From the NCBI GenBank assembly GCA_963719635.1, contig CAVRCS010000003.1, positions 7,910 to 71,909 of the forward strand: a DNA stretch of 64,000 nucleotides, in the 5' to 3' direction. Shown one piece after another: positions 48,704-57,148 of the stretch (positions are counted from its first letter, which is position 1; each line of letters begins with the position of its first letter). Under the pieces are notes generated by a model, which had not been told where the DNA came from, made no database searches, and saw nothing but the letters and a program-made list of their open reading frames with translations. This stretch comes from an uncultured Thermoplasmata archaeon (GTDB lineage Archaea; Thermoplasmatota; Thermoplasmata; Lutacidiplasmatales; UBA184). The translations under genes were made by a program, and so were the position numbers.

Positions 48704-49748
48704 GCGGGGTGCTCGTTGCGCCCCGGACACCGTCACCGCTGGAGGCGGACCGCAGCCCCGAGGCCCGGGGGCTGGCGCGCGACGAAGTGCGGCTGCTCGC
48801 CAGCGTCGGCGAGGAGGAGCACGACCTTTCGTTCCTCGACCTGCCCCAGGTGCTCGAGCCCGGCGACCTGCTCGTGGTAAACGAAAGCGCCACCGTCGCG
48901 GCAAGCCTGCCGGCCCTCGGGCCGCCGGGACGGTTCCTCCTGAATCTCGGCACCGACTACGGCGGCGGAGTGTGGCTCGCGGAACCTCGCTGGAGCCGAC
49001 ACCGTCCGGGCCCCCTGCCGCTCGGGGACGGGACCCGACTGGAGGTCGCGGGACTCCCCGCGACGGTCGTCGCACGGTACCCCGGGGTCGCTCGGCTGGC
49101 GTTCGTCCAGTGCGAGGGCGATGTGCCCGCCGCGATGCAACGGGCAGGGGAGCCTATCCGGTACGACTACGTGGCCGTGGAAGAGCCGCTCTCGGCGTAC
49201 CAGACCGTCTTCGCCCGCGTCCCCGGGAGCTCCGAGATGCCCAGCGCCGGTCGCCCGTTCTCGGCACGGGTCGTAAAACGGCTCCGCCAACGGGGGGTGA
49301 AGCGCGCGACGGTCGTGCTCCATGCCGGGCTCTCCAGCCTCGAGCCGGGGACGACGTCACGGGCGCTCCGCTCCTTCTCCCCGAACCGTACGACGTCCCG
49401 CCGGCGACGGTGGAGGCGATCGTGCGGACCCGCGCAGCCGGTGGGAGAGTGGTCGCGGTCGGGACGACCGTTGTCCGCGCGCTGGAGTCCGCGCACGACG
49501 GCTGCACGCTCCGGGCCTCCCGGGGCTTCACGCGCCGCTACGTCGAGCCGGCCCACCGGCCACGGGTCGTCGACGGCCTCCTGAGCGGGTTCCACCAGCC
49601 CGGGACGACGCACCTCGAGCTACTGGCCGCCTTCGTCGGGAGGGAACGGGTCGAGCGGGCGTACGCCCACGCACGGAACGGCCGCTACCTCTGGCACGAG
49701 TTCGGCGACGTCCACCTGCTGCTCCCCGGTGCCCGGGGAGCGCGGTAG
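48700..49748 (+). pseudogene. queA: QueA-like S-adenosylmethionine:tRNA ribosyltransferase-isomerase homologue; one frameshift
   Basis: PGDLLVVNESATV, YQTVFARVPGSSEMPSAGRPF, VVLHAGLSSLEPG, then in the next frame PEPYDVPPATVEAI..GGRVVAVGTTVVRALES..VDGLLSGFHQPGTTHLELLAAF..YLWHEFGDVHLL. Shift is in the G4 run 49347-49350. ATG overlaps the SDR stop (ATGA). Confidence 0.75.
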
Positions 49749-49769
49749 GCGAGCCGGTCCCGGAGCGCC

Positions 49770-50696
49770 CTACTTCCCCGAGAGGCCGGCCCGCGACCGC
49801 AGGGCGTGGTAGAAGCCGCCGAAACTGGTCGCCGTCGGGGTCTTGAGGCCCTGGACGCGCAGCTGCTCGCGGACCTCTTTCGCTCCCTGGCGGAGGTCGA
49901 GGATCTTGGCGGTGTCGTACTTGTACTGGAACGTCCCCGGCGGGCCGCGGGGGAACGGCTCCCAGTCGCGCGGGGTCGTGATCCGCAGCTCGGGCGCCCG
50001 CTTGCCGTCCGGCGAGCTGAACGGCGGGAGGGTGAGGTGCTCCTCGGTGAGCCAGAGCATCGTTGCGTCGCGGATCGCCTGCTCGGTGACGTCGTCCAGG
50101 GCGCCGGGCGCGACCTGGCTCTGGACCCAAGTCACCAGTGCGTCGAACGTCTTCTCCGAGTTCTCCTCCAGCATCTGGAGGACGGCGAGGCGGAGGGCGC
50201 TGCGGCGGAGCTGCTGGATGCCGGTGTCGCTGAGGCGGTACTCGGCGGTCAGCCCGACGAGCCCTTCGGCGTTGTTGGAGAGCTCCTCGAGCGAGAGGAC
50301 GAACAGCGGGCTCGCCGCCTCCTCCGGTCCGACGAACCAGAGCGAGAAGGCGCGGCCGTTGGTGAGCAGGATCAGCGGGACGGTCGCTTCCTTCGCCCGG
50401 TCGCCGATCGGGCCGAGCTCCGTGACGCTCGCGGAGCGGTCGCGGACGTCAAAGAACAGCTTCGGCTTCCCTTCGGAGTCGAGGAGCGCGTAGTCGACGG
50501 TCTCCTTGCGCCCGGGAGGGTGGTAGTCGAGGAACACCTGGTGCTTGTCGTGCGGGTTCCAGCCGAGCGCCTCTAGGAACGGATTGACGATCCAGTGGCG
50601 GATCTGCTGCTCGGTAACGTCCTGGACATCCCGGAGCACCTCTCCGGCGACCTGGCCGAAGTCGGTGAGGTGACGATTGAGGTCGACCGCTTCCAT
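49770..50696 (-). CDS. Restriction-endonuclease-like (HsdR N-terminal/PD-(D/E)xK-fold) domain protein with unknown C-terminal domain
   Basis: TEQQIRHWIVNPFLEALGW...ETVDYALLDSEGKPKLFFDVRD...PLILLTNGRAFSLWF follows the HSDR_N pattern, but D-V-R replaces the usual E-x-K. Start ATG 50696 with TATA spacing. Confidence 0.55.
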   Translation of the reverse strand: MEAVDLNRHLTDFGQVAGEVLRDVQDVTEQQIRHWIVNPFLEALGWNPHDKHQVFLDYHPPGRKETVDYALLDSEGKPKLFFDVRDRSASVTELGPIGDRAKEATVPLILLTNGRAFSLWFVGPEEAASPLFVLSLEELSNNAEGLVGLTAEYRLSDTGIQQLRRSALRLAVLQMLEENSEKTFDALVTWVQSQVAPGALDDVTEQAIRDATMLWLTEEHLTLPPFSSPDGKRAPELRITTPRDWEPFPRGPPGTFQYKYDTAKILDLRQGAKEVREQLRVQGLKTPTATSFGGFYHALRSRAGLSGK

Positions 50697-50722
50697 CGCA
50701 CGAACGATGGCAGGGTGTTCGC

Positions 50723-50730
50723 TTAAAATT
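50723..50730 (-). promoter_or_regulatory. TATA-like box (aattttaa on minus strand)
   Basis: 27-34 nt upstream of ATG 50696. Confidence 0.4.
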
Positions 50731-50950
50731 ACTCCCTCGAGAGCACGGACGCCGGTTCGGCTCCGTCGACCGCGTGTCACACCATGGGTCGGCCCCTTCT
50801 TCCCTCCGCCGGGGCCGTACGAGGCGGCGGGATCTCCCTCGCGAGCCGCGCGGCCGTCCGAGGCGACCCCCGGCCCGTTACCGCACTCTCCGGAGGGGCC
50901 CCTTTGCTCTATAGTATCCAATGGTGTGCCGGGCTTCGCCGGGGACGTTC

Positions 50951-51859
50951 ATGGTGCGCAGCGTGGGTCGCGGCCAGTTCCGGGTCCGAGGGGCCTGGGT
51001 GGAGCTCCCTCCGCTCCAGCGGCTGGTCGAACCCGGGCTCATCGAGGACATCGACTTCGTCCCCCACCGCTCGCTCGACCTGGTCCTGGACGGGTTCGGA
51101 CCGGTGGAGGAGACCGAACAGTTCGAAGGGGGCCTCGCCTCGGCGTTCGAGGGGTATCCGTGGAGCGACGCCCCGGGCCCGTCGCACGGCGCCGGGCCGC
51201 TCGTCGTCGTCAAGGAGATGCCGACAGCGCTCGCCGTCCCCGAGAGCCCTCCGCGGGTCGAACTCCTGGTGCCGCCCGAGGCCCCGGCCGTCCCCGTCCA
51301 TGGCGTTCCTTCGGCCGAGCCCGGGCCGGGTCCCTCACCGACGCTCCCCGTCCCTGAACTCCCGGACCGGGAGGTCGGGGCATCGACGCCCGAGGGCGTC
51401 GCTGCGGCAAGCGACGCGGGTCGAACCCTCGCCGCCCTCCTCGCGCGGATGTGGCTCGTGCGGACGGCCACCTCGTCGGCCGCCGCGATCTCGTTGCCGA
51501 CTCCGGCGCCCCCGCCCGCCCCGGAGCCCCCGCGGCTTCGAGCCACCCCGATGCCGCCCCAGAGCCCCCACGTCGCCCTCGCCGTCGTCGACAGCGTTGG
51601 CGTGCACGCGGCGGACGACGACGACCGTCGGCCGACGAGCGGCCTCGCCTCGTTCGTGGTCGAGCTCGCGTCGCTGAGCCGACCGTCGACCGCTCCCCCC
51701 AACGCCGCGATCGCGACGCCTCCGAAGGGCGACTACCGCATGGTCATGCGCTTCGTCCACTGCCCGCATCCGGTGCCGGAGCAGCCCGTCTCGCGGGACG
51801 CATGCTCTCTGGCGCGCACCACCCTTCGTGACCGCGCCTTCGGCAGGGCGCCGGACTGA
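50951..51859 (+). CDS. Pro/Ala-rich hypothetical protein
   Basis: GC3 above about 90 percent in this frame. Structured-looking N-terminus (FRVRGAWVELPPLQRLVEPGLIEDIDFVPH) and C-terminus (DYRMVMRFVHCPHPVPEQP) around a P/A/S-rich linker. Start is 50921 or 50951. Confidence 0.45.
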   Translation: MVRSVGRGQFRVRGAWVELPPLQRLVEPGLIEDIDFVPHRSLDLVLDGFGPVEETEQFEGGLASAFEGYPWSDAPGPSHGAGPLVVVKEMPTALAVPESPPRVELLVPPEAPAVPVHGVPSAEPGPGPSPTLPVPELPDREVGASTPEGVAAASDAGRTLAALLARMWLVRTATSSAAAISLPTPAPPPAPEPPRLRATPMPPQSPHVALAVVDSVGVHAADDDDRRPTSGLASFVVELASLSRPSTAPPNAAIATPPKGDYRMVMRFVHCPHPVPEQPVSRDACSLARTTLRDRAFGRAPD

Positions 51860-51896
51860 CGCCCCGCGGGCCCGAACCGAGCGGCGCCATCGTCGG

Positions 51897-52799
51897 TTAC
51901 AGTACCGTCGCGGTCGCGGCCTCGCCGAGGAACTCCTCGACCGGGTGCAGCGGGCGGTCCAGCCCAGAGTATGGCTCTAGGCCGAGCATGTCGGCGAGGA
52001 GCCATTCGACCTCGTACTCGTAGAGCAGGGAGGAGCCGAGCGCCTCCAACAGGCGCGCGAGCCGCAGCGCGCCGGCCCGGCTGAGGTGAAGGTACCGCTC
52101 GGGAAGCCCCAACGCACGGAACAGCGCGGCGGTCAACTCGATGTACCGGTAGCGGTGCGGTCCGCCGACCACCACGTTCCGCCGCCGTTCGCCCGCAGAT
52201 TCCCGGCGGAGGATCGCGGCGAAGTCCCGCACGGCGAGGGGGCTGACGTGGTACTCGCCGTCCCCGAACAACGGGAGCCGACGGTACCGTCGGGCGGTGC
52301 GCACCATGACGGTGAGCAGCTTGTCGTGGCGCCCGAAGAGCATCGTGGGGCGGACGATTGCGTAGGCGAGGGGGCTCGCCTCCAGCGCTCGGTCGACCCG
52401 CCGCTTCTCGACCAGGTAGGGCAGCTCCTTTTCGAGGCGTGAGGGCGCGTCCGGGACGCTCACGTGGAGAAACCGGCGGACCCCGGTCCCCTCCGCCTGC
52501 TGGATCAGCGAGACGAGGCCGTCGGCGAGGGCCGCAAACCGTCGGGGGCGTGCCTGCCGGTACCAGGCTAGAGTGAGCACAGTGTCGACCCCTTCGAGCG
52601 TCACGCTCCAGTCGCGGCACGAGGCGACATCGAGCGCACGGACCTCGACGCCCCGCGCGCTCTCTGCCGATGAAGGTTGACGGTGCACCGACCGGATCCG
52701 GTGCGAGGGGCCGAACTCCTCGAGGACCGCACGGCCGACGAGCCCGCCGCACCCCCCGACGACCAGGAGGAGCGGTCGGGGGTCCGCGGGCGAACTCAT
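51897..52799 (-). CDS. NAD(P)-binding atypical SDR (NmrA/NDUFA9-like)
   Basis: LLLVVGGCGGLVGRAV Rossmann motif. ATG overlaps the lipB stop (ATGA). Confidence 0.7.
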   Translation of the reverse strand: MSSPADPRPLLLVVGGCGGLVGRAVLEEFGPSHRIRSVHRQPSSAESARGVEVRALDVASCRDWSVTLEGVDTVLTLAWYRQARPRRFAALADGLVSLIQQAEGTGVRRFLHVSVPDAPSRLEKELPYLVEKRRVDRALEASPLAYAIVRPTMLFGRHDKLLTVMVRTARRYRRLPLFGDGEYHVSPLAVRDFAAILRRESAGERRRNVVVGGPHRYRYIELTAALFRALGLPERYLHLSRAGALRLARLLEALGSSLLYEYEVEWLLADMLGLEPYSGLDRPLHPVEEFLGEAATATVL

Positions 52800-53482
52800 C
52801 CGGGCAACGCCGGCAAGATTTCTGTCGGCGGAACGGGAGCGCGGTTCTCAGGAGGGGCTCCGAACACCCTCTCCCACGCGGCGAGCACGTGCGGGCGGAC
52901 CTCGTCGAGGCGGACCGACCGGCCGAGCTCCCGCGCGAGCGACGTCATCACGGAGCCGTCGAGCCCGCACGGCCGGAACCGCTCGAAGGCGCGGAGGTCC
53001 GGCTCGACGTTGAGGGCGAAGCCGTGGAACGTCACCCAGTGTTCGACCGCCACCCCGAGCGAGGCGATCTTGCGCACCCCGTCGACCCAGACCCCCGGCT
53101 GGCCCTTCACATGGCCGGTGTGGATGCCGAACGGCACGACCGACTCTCCGACGAGCGTCTCCAACTCTCGAACGAACCGCCGCACATCCCGGCCCCGTCG
53201 GTCCAGGTCGACGACCGGGTAGCCGACGAGCTGGCCGGGACCGTGGTAGGTCGCATGCCCACCGCGCTCGACCAGGACGACCGGAAGGCCCGAAGCCGCG
53301 GCGGCCCCATCGTCCCCCTCGACGCCTACGGTGACCACGGGCGGGTGCTCGACAGTGATCAGCGTGTCGCCAATGCGACCGGCCCTACGCTCGGCGACGA
53401 GGGCGCGCATGGCGCGCAGGCTGTCGGCGTACTCGCGCCGACCCCACTCAGTGACCGCCAGCAGGGCCCGGCCTCCGCGCAA
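52796..53482 (-). CDS. lipB: Octanoyl/lipoyl transferase LipB
   Basis: DTLITVEHPPVVTVG, ERGGHATYHGPGQLVGYPV, RKIASLGV, PCGL are LipB signatures. Probable TTG start. Overlaps the E3 end by 35 nt. Confidence 0.85.
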   Translation of the reverse strand: MRGGRALLAVTEWGRREYADSLRAMRALVAERRAGRIGDTLITVEHPPVVTVGVEGDDGAAAASGLPVVLVERGGHATYHGPGQLVGYPVVDLDRRGRDVRRFVRELETLVGESVVPFGIHTGHVKGQPGVWVDGVRKIASLGVAVEHWVTFHGFALNVEPDLRAFERFRPCGLDGSVMTSLARELGRSVRLDEVRPHVLAAWERVFGAPPENRAPVPPTEILPALPG

Positions 53483-54890
53483 CGTGCATCGGCTCGTCCA
53501 GCCAGAGCAGCGCCGCTTCCTGCAGCGCCTCGCTGAATGTCGGATGCGGGTGGATCGTGAGGGCGACGTCCCGCACCGTAGAGCCCATCTCCAGCGCGTG
53601 GGCCGCCTCGGCGGCGAACTCGCCGACTGACGTACCCGCGGCGTGGACTCCGAGGAGCAGCCCGGTTCGGTCGTCCCCGACGAGCTTCAGCCAGCCGGAC
53701 GTCGCGTGGCTCGCGTGCGCCCGCCCGAGGGCGGCGAACGGGAACCGGACCTCCCGGGCGGCGTGGCCGGCCTTCTCCGCGGCGGCCTTGGAGAGCCCGA
53801 CGCTGGAGAGCTCGGGGTCGGTGAAGACGACGGACGGGACGGTGCGGAAGTCGAACCGGGTCGACCTGCCGGCGATCGCCTCGGCGGCGACGATCCCTTC
53901 GCGGTACGACTTGTGCGCGAGCATCGGAGGGCGGGCGACGTCTCCGGCCGCGTAGATCGTGGGAACGTTCGTCCGCATCTGGGCGTCGACGCCGATGAAG
54001 CCGGTCTTGGCGTCGAACGCGACGCCCGCGTCCTCCAGCCCGAGCTCCTGGGTCGCCGGTCGCTTGCCGATGGTGACGAACAACCGGTCCGCCTCCAGCC
54101 GCTCGTGCCCGCCGGGTCCGTCGACCTCAAGGCCGAGCGTTGAGCCCGCCCGGTCCAGCCTGGACGCCTTCGTTGCCGTGCGAACCTCGATGCCCAACCG
54201 TCCGAACGCGGCGGTCAGTTCTCGCGAGAGGTCAGCGTCGAGGCCGGGGAGCAGTTGGGGTAGGAGCTCGACGATCGTCACCTGGACCCCGAGCCGGGCG
54301 AGCCATTCGCCGAGCTCGCAGCCGCTGACGCCGCCGCCGAGCACGAGCATCGAGCGCGGCAGGTCGCGCATCGACAGCAGTTCCCACGCGTTCAGGACGC
54401 GGCCGGCGTCCGTCTCGAAGCCGGGGAGCACCGTCGGGACCGCTCCGGTGGCGATCACGGCGGCGCCGAAGTCGATCCGCTCGTGCCCGCCGTCCGGGGC
54501 CCGGACATCGACCGCCTTCGGGCCGACGAACCGCCCCTCGCCGGGAAGCACCGTGACTCCGGCGGACTTCAGCAGCGTCGCGACCCCGAGCCGCTCCTTG
54601 GCGACGACCGCCTCCTTCCACTTCATCGTCGCCGGGAGGTCGACGGAGAGCCCGCTCGCGAGCACACCGACCTCCGGTCCTTCCGTCCGGAGCGCGTGGT
54701 ACAGCTGGGAGGCGTGGATCAGCGCCTTGGACGGAATGCAGCCACGGTTCAGGCACTCGCCGCCGAGCTCGGAGCGCTCGACGAGGACGACCTTCTTGCC
54801 GAGCTGGCCCGCGCGGATCGCCGCCATGTAACCGGCCGGGCCGCCGCCCAGGATGACGACCTCGGCGTTTCGAGCGTAAGTGCCGGCCAT
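53448..54890 (-). CDS. lpdA: Dihydrolipoamide dehydrogenase (E3)
   Basis: VVILGGGPAGYMAA, redox-active GGECLNRGCIPSK, second Rossmann motif LVLGGGVSGCE, C-terminal HPHPTFSE. Confidence 0.9.
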   Translation of the reverse strand: MAGTYARNAEVVILGGGPAGYMAAIRAGQLGKKVVLVERSELGGECLNRGCIPSKALIHASQLYHALRTEGPEVGVLASGLSVDLPATMKWKEAVVAKERLGVATLLKSAGVTVLPGEGRFVGPKAVDVRAPDGGHERIDFGAAVIATGAVPTVLPGFETDAGRVLNAWELLSMRDLPRSMLVLGGGVSGCELGEWLARLGVQVTIVELLPQLLPGLDADLSRELTAAFGRLGIEVRTATKASRLDRAGSTLGLEVDGPGGHERLEADRLFVTIGKRPATQELGLEDAGVAFDAKTGFIGVDAQMRTNVPTIYAAGDVARPPMLAHKSYREGIVAAEAIAGRSTRFDFRTVPSVVFTDPELSSVGLSKAAAEKAGHAAREVRFPFAALGRAHASHATSGWLKLVGDDRTGLLLGVHAAGTSVGEFAAEAAHALEMGSTVRDVALTIHPHPTFSEALQEAALLWLDEPMHVARRPGPAGGH

Positions 54891-54897
54891 CGTGCGC

Positions 54898-55947
54898 CTA
54901 CCCGGTCGCCGGGCGGGACCCCGGCAGGGCAAAAACATCCTCGGTCAGGGTTCGGTCGGGCGGAGCGCCGGTCGCTTCGGCCGCCTCGATGGCAGCACGC
55001 ACCTCGCTCTCCGCCTCTGTGGTGAGGCGGGCCCGCCCCGCGTCGTCCAGGAGCCCGTGCTCGACCAGCCACCGGTCGAGGCGGAGGACGGGGTCCGACG
55101 CCTTCGCCTTCTCCGCCCAACCGGGCGGCTGGTAGCGGCTGGGGTCGTCCGAGCTGGAGTGCGGGGTCATCCGGTAGAGCACGAACTCGAGCAGCTCCGC
55201 CGCTCCGCCGCCGCGGATCCGCTCCAGCGCGCCGCGGACGGCGGCCGCGCAGGCGACGAAGTCCGTCCCGTCGACGCGGCTCCCTGCCAGGCCGTAGGCG
55301 TTCGCCTTGGTGGCGAGCGTCCGTGCGGCGGTCTGGCGCTCGACCGGCACCGAGATCGCCCACTGGTTGTTCGTGCAGGCGAACAGCACCGGCACGCCGA
55401 GGACCCCCGCGAAGTTCAATCCGGCGTGGAAGTCGTTGGAGCTGGTCGCCCCGTCGCCGAAGAAGGCGAGGGCAACGCCCCGGTCGTGGCGTCGGCGGAT
55501 CCCGTAGCCGACCCCGACCGCGTGCGAGACCTGCGTCCCGATCACCGACGACATGGAGACGTAGTGGACCTCCCGCGCCGTCGGGTGGCACGGCATGTTC
55601 CGTCCGAGGGCCGGGTCCCGTGCGTCCGCGAACAGGTGGTGGACGTACGTTCCGAGCGGGTGCCCGCGGATGAGCGCGACGAGCTGCTCGCGGAGGCCCG
55701 GGAGGACCCAGTCCTCCGGCATGCTGGCGAGGCCGGCGGCGACGTTCACCGCCTCCTGGCCGGTCGCCGGGCCGTAGAAGCCGACCCGTCCCTGCCGCTG
55801 GAGGCCGAGCATGCGGGCGTCCAGGACACGGGCGAGGGTCATCCAGCGGTAGGCGGCGGCGAGGCTCTCCTTCCAGGCCGGACCGAGCTGCTGGGCGACC
55901 TGCTCTTCGGAGTACGCCAGGGGGACGATCGGCTCCGCGCCGCCCAT
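54898..55947 (-). CDS. 2-oxoacid dehydrogenase E1 alpha subunit, second (orphan) paralogue
   Basis: ThDP motif FFGDGATSSNDFHAGLNFA...NNQWAIS. About half the residues are identical to the E1 alpha at 59427-60503 by eye. No partner E1 beta follows. Start ATG 55947. Confidence 0.85.
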   Translation of the reverse strand: MGGAEPIVPLAYSEEQVAQQLGPAWKESLAAAYRWMTLARVLDARMLGLQRQGRVGFYGPATGQEAVNVAAGLASMPEDWVLPGLREQLVALIRGHPLGTYVHHLFADARDPALGRNMPCHPTAREVHYVSMSSVIGTQVSHAVGVGYGIRRRHDRGVALAFFGDGATSSNDFHAGLNFAGVLGVPVLFACTNNQWAISVPVERQTAARTLATKANAYGLAGSRVDGTDFVACAAAVRGALERIRGGGAAELLEFVLYRMTPHSSSDDPSRYQPPGWAEKAKASDPVLRLDRWLVEHGLLDDAGRARLTTEAESEVRAAIEAAEATGAPPDRTLTEDVFALPGSRPATG

Positions 55948-56081
55948 TGGGCCTGGGGACCGGGGCCACAGTCTTGAGGTCTGCGCGGCCCTCGACCTGC
56001 GGGACGGGCGGCGGGCCGGGAACCGGCGCCCGTGACAGATGGTCGAGCGCGCGGGCGGGGAGGGGTTCGGAGCGTCGCCGG

Positions 56082-56300
56082 GTGCCGCGTCCACCAGCGG
56101 CGGGCGGGGCGTGACTTGGTCACGCCGTGGATTCGATCGAGCCGTCCGATGGCGAGCCGGAGTGCCTCTTTCGCCCCGTCCCCGTCGGTGCGGTCCGACC
56201 CGGTGAACGCCCCCGACGGATCGTCCAGAAGGGGGCCTCGATCGAGGTGAGGGGACGGGCGTTGGTCGGTCGACGAACTACTTGAGAACGGATGGCCTGC
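56082..56300 (-). mobile_element. IS630-family 3'-end fragment A (IR plus about 70 C-terminal transposase codons, decayed)
   Basis: gtgccgcgtccaccagcgg is identical to the reverse-complemented right end of the intact IS630 copy. The translated remnant ...ALRLAIGRLDRIHGVTKSRPARRWWTRH parallels ...LQYAIRRLNRVHCATNSRPALRWWTRH. Confidence 0.65.
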
Positions 56301-56334
56301 GTTCGCGGGGCCTCGGGCCCAGGGGAGAGGATCC

Positions 56335-56961
56335 ATGCCGCGAAGAATCACCGCCAGCCTGTACATGACCGTAGACGGCCGCGGCGCATTTCCGAAGTAC
56401 CCCGGTTCCGACCGGCAAACCACGGAGGCCAGCGACATGTGGCGGGAGATGTGGTTGAACCGGTTCGATGATGTCACTACCGTCATCATGGGCCGGAGGT
56501 CGTTCCTAGGTCACCGACGCGTCTGGACCGAGAAAGCGCGAAAACCGAGCGACCCGCAGTACTTGGTCGATTACTCTCGGTGGCTCGACCGCGTCGACAA
56601 GGTCTGTCTGTCGACCCGCTTGAAGTCGCCGGGATGGGAGAACTCGCGGATCATGAAGGGCGACCTTTCCAAGGTCGTTGCGAAGCTGAAGCGAGAAAAG
56701 GGCGGGAACATCATCGCAGAAGGAGGCCCGCGACTGATCCTCGAGTTCCTCCGGCGAGGCCTCGCGGACGACTACTGGCTCGTCGTGCAGCCCGTGGTCT
56801 ACGGCAAGGGTCCTCGGTACCTGGGGTCCGATGAAGGCGCAAGCGACCCTCAAGCTTCTCTCGTCCCGGACCATGGAAGACGGAGAGCTGCTCCTCCACT
56901 ACGAAACCGTTCGGGGGTTCCGCGCCTGGTACCGCGTCCACCGGCGGTGGGCGGGGCGTGA
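56335..56961 (+). pseudogene. RibD C-terminal/DHFR-like reductase-domain protein; frameshift near 56837 and 3' end running into IS fragment B
   Basis: ITASLYMTVDGRGAFP..., VIMGRRSF, NIIAEGGPRLILEFL..DDYWLVVQPVVYGKGPRYLG. The expected end (AQATLKLLSSRTMEDGELLLHYETV) is in the next frame. Confidence 0.6.
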
Positions 56962-57125
56962 AGTGGTCACGCCGGGGATCCGATGGAGCCATCGGATGGA
57001 GAGCCGGAGCGCCTCTTTCGCCTCGTCCCAGCGGGTGGAGTTCGACCCCGTGAACGCTCCCCGACGGATCGTTCGGACACGGTTCTCGATCGGGTTGAGG
57101 GTGCTCGCGCGAGGTCAGGAACCTC
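56929..57125 (-). mobile_element. IS630-family 3'-end fragment B
   Basis: gtaccgcgtccaccggcgg...ctcgatcgggttgagg parallels the IS630 right end through the NPIE codons. Same orientation as fragment A. Confidence 0.6.
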
Positions 57126-57148
57126 GCACTCTCCCGCTGAACGCGACC

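Noticed and set aside
53448-56094. N-terminal extensions of E3 (from 54938) and of E1 alpha' (from 56094) given by the ORF track
   Set aside because: The extensions are Arg/Pro-rich and, for E1 alpha', run into the IS630 fragment. Internal ATGs at 54890 and 55947 give family-typical N-termini.
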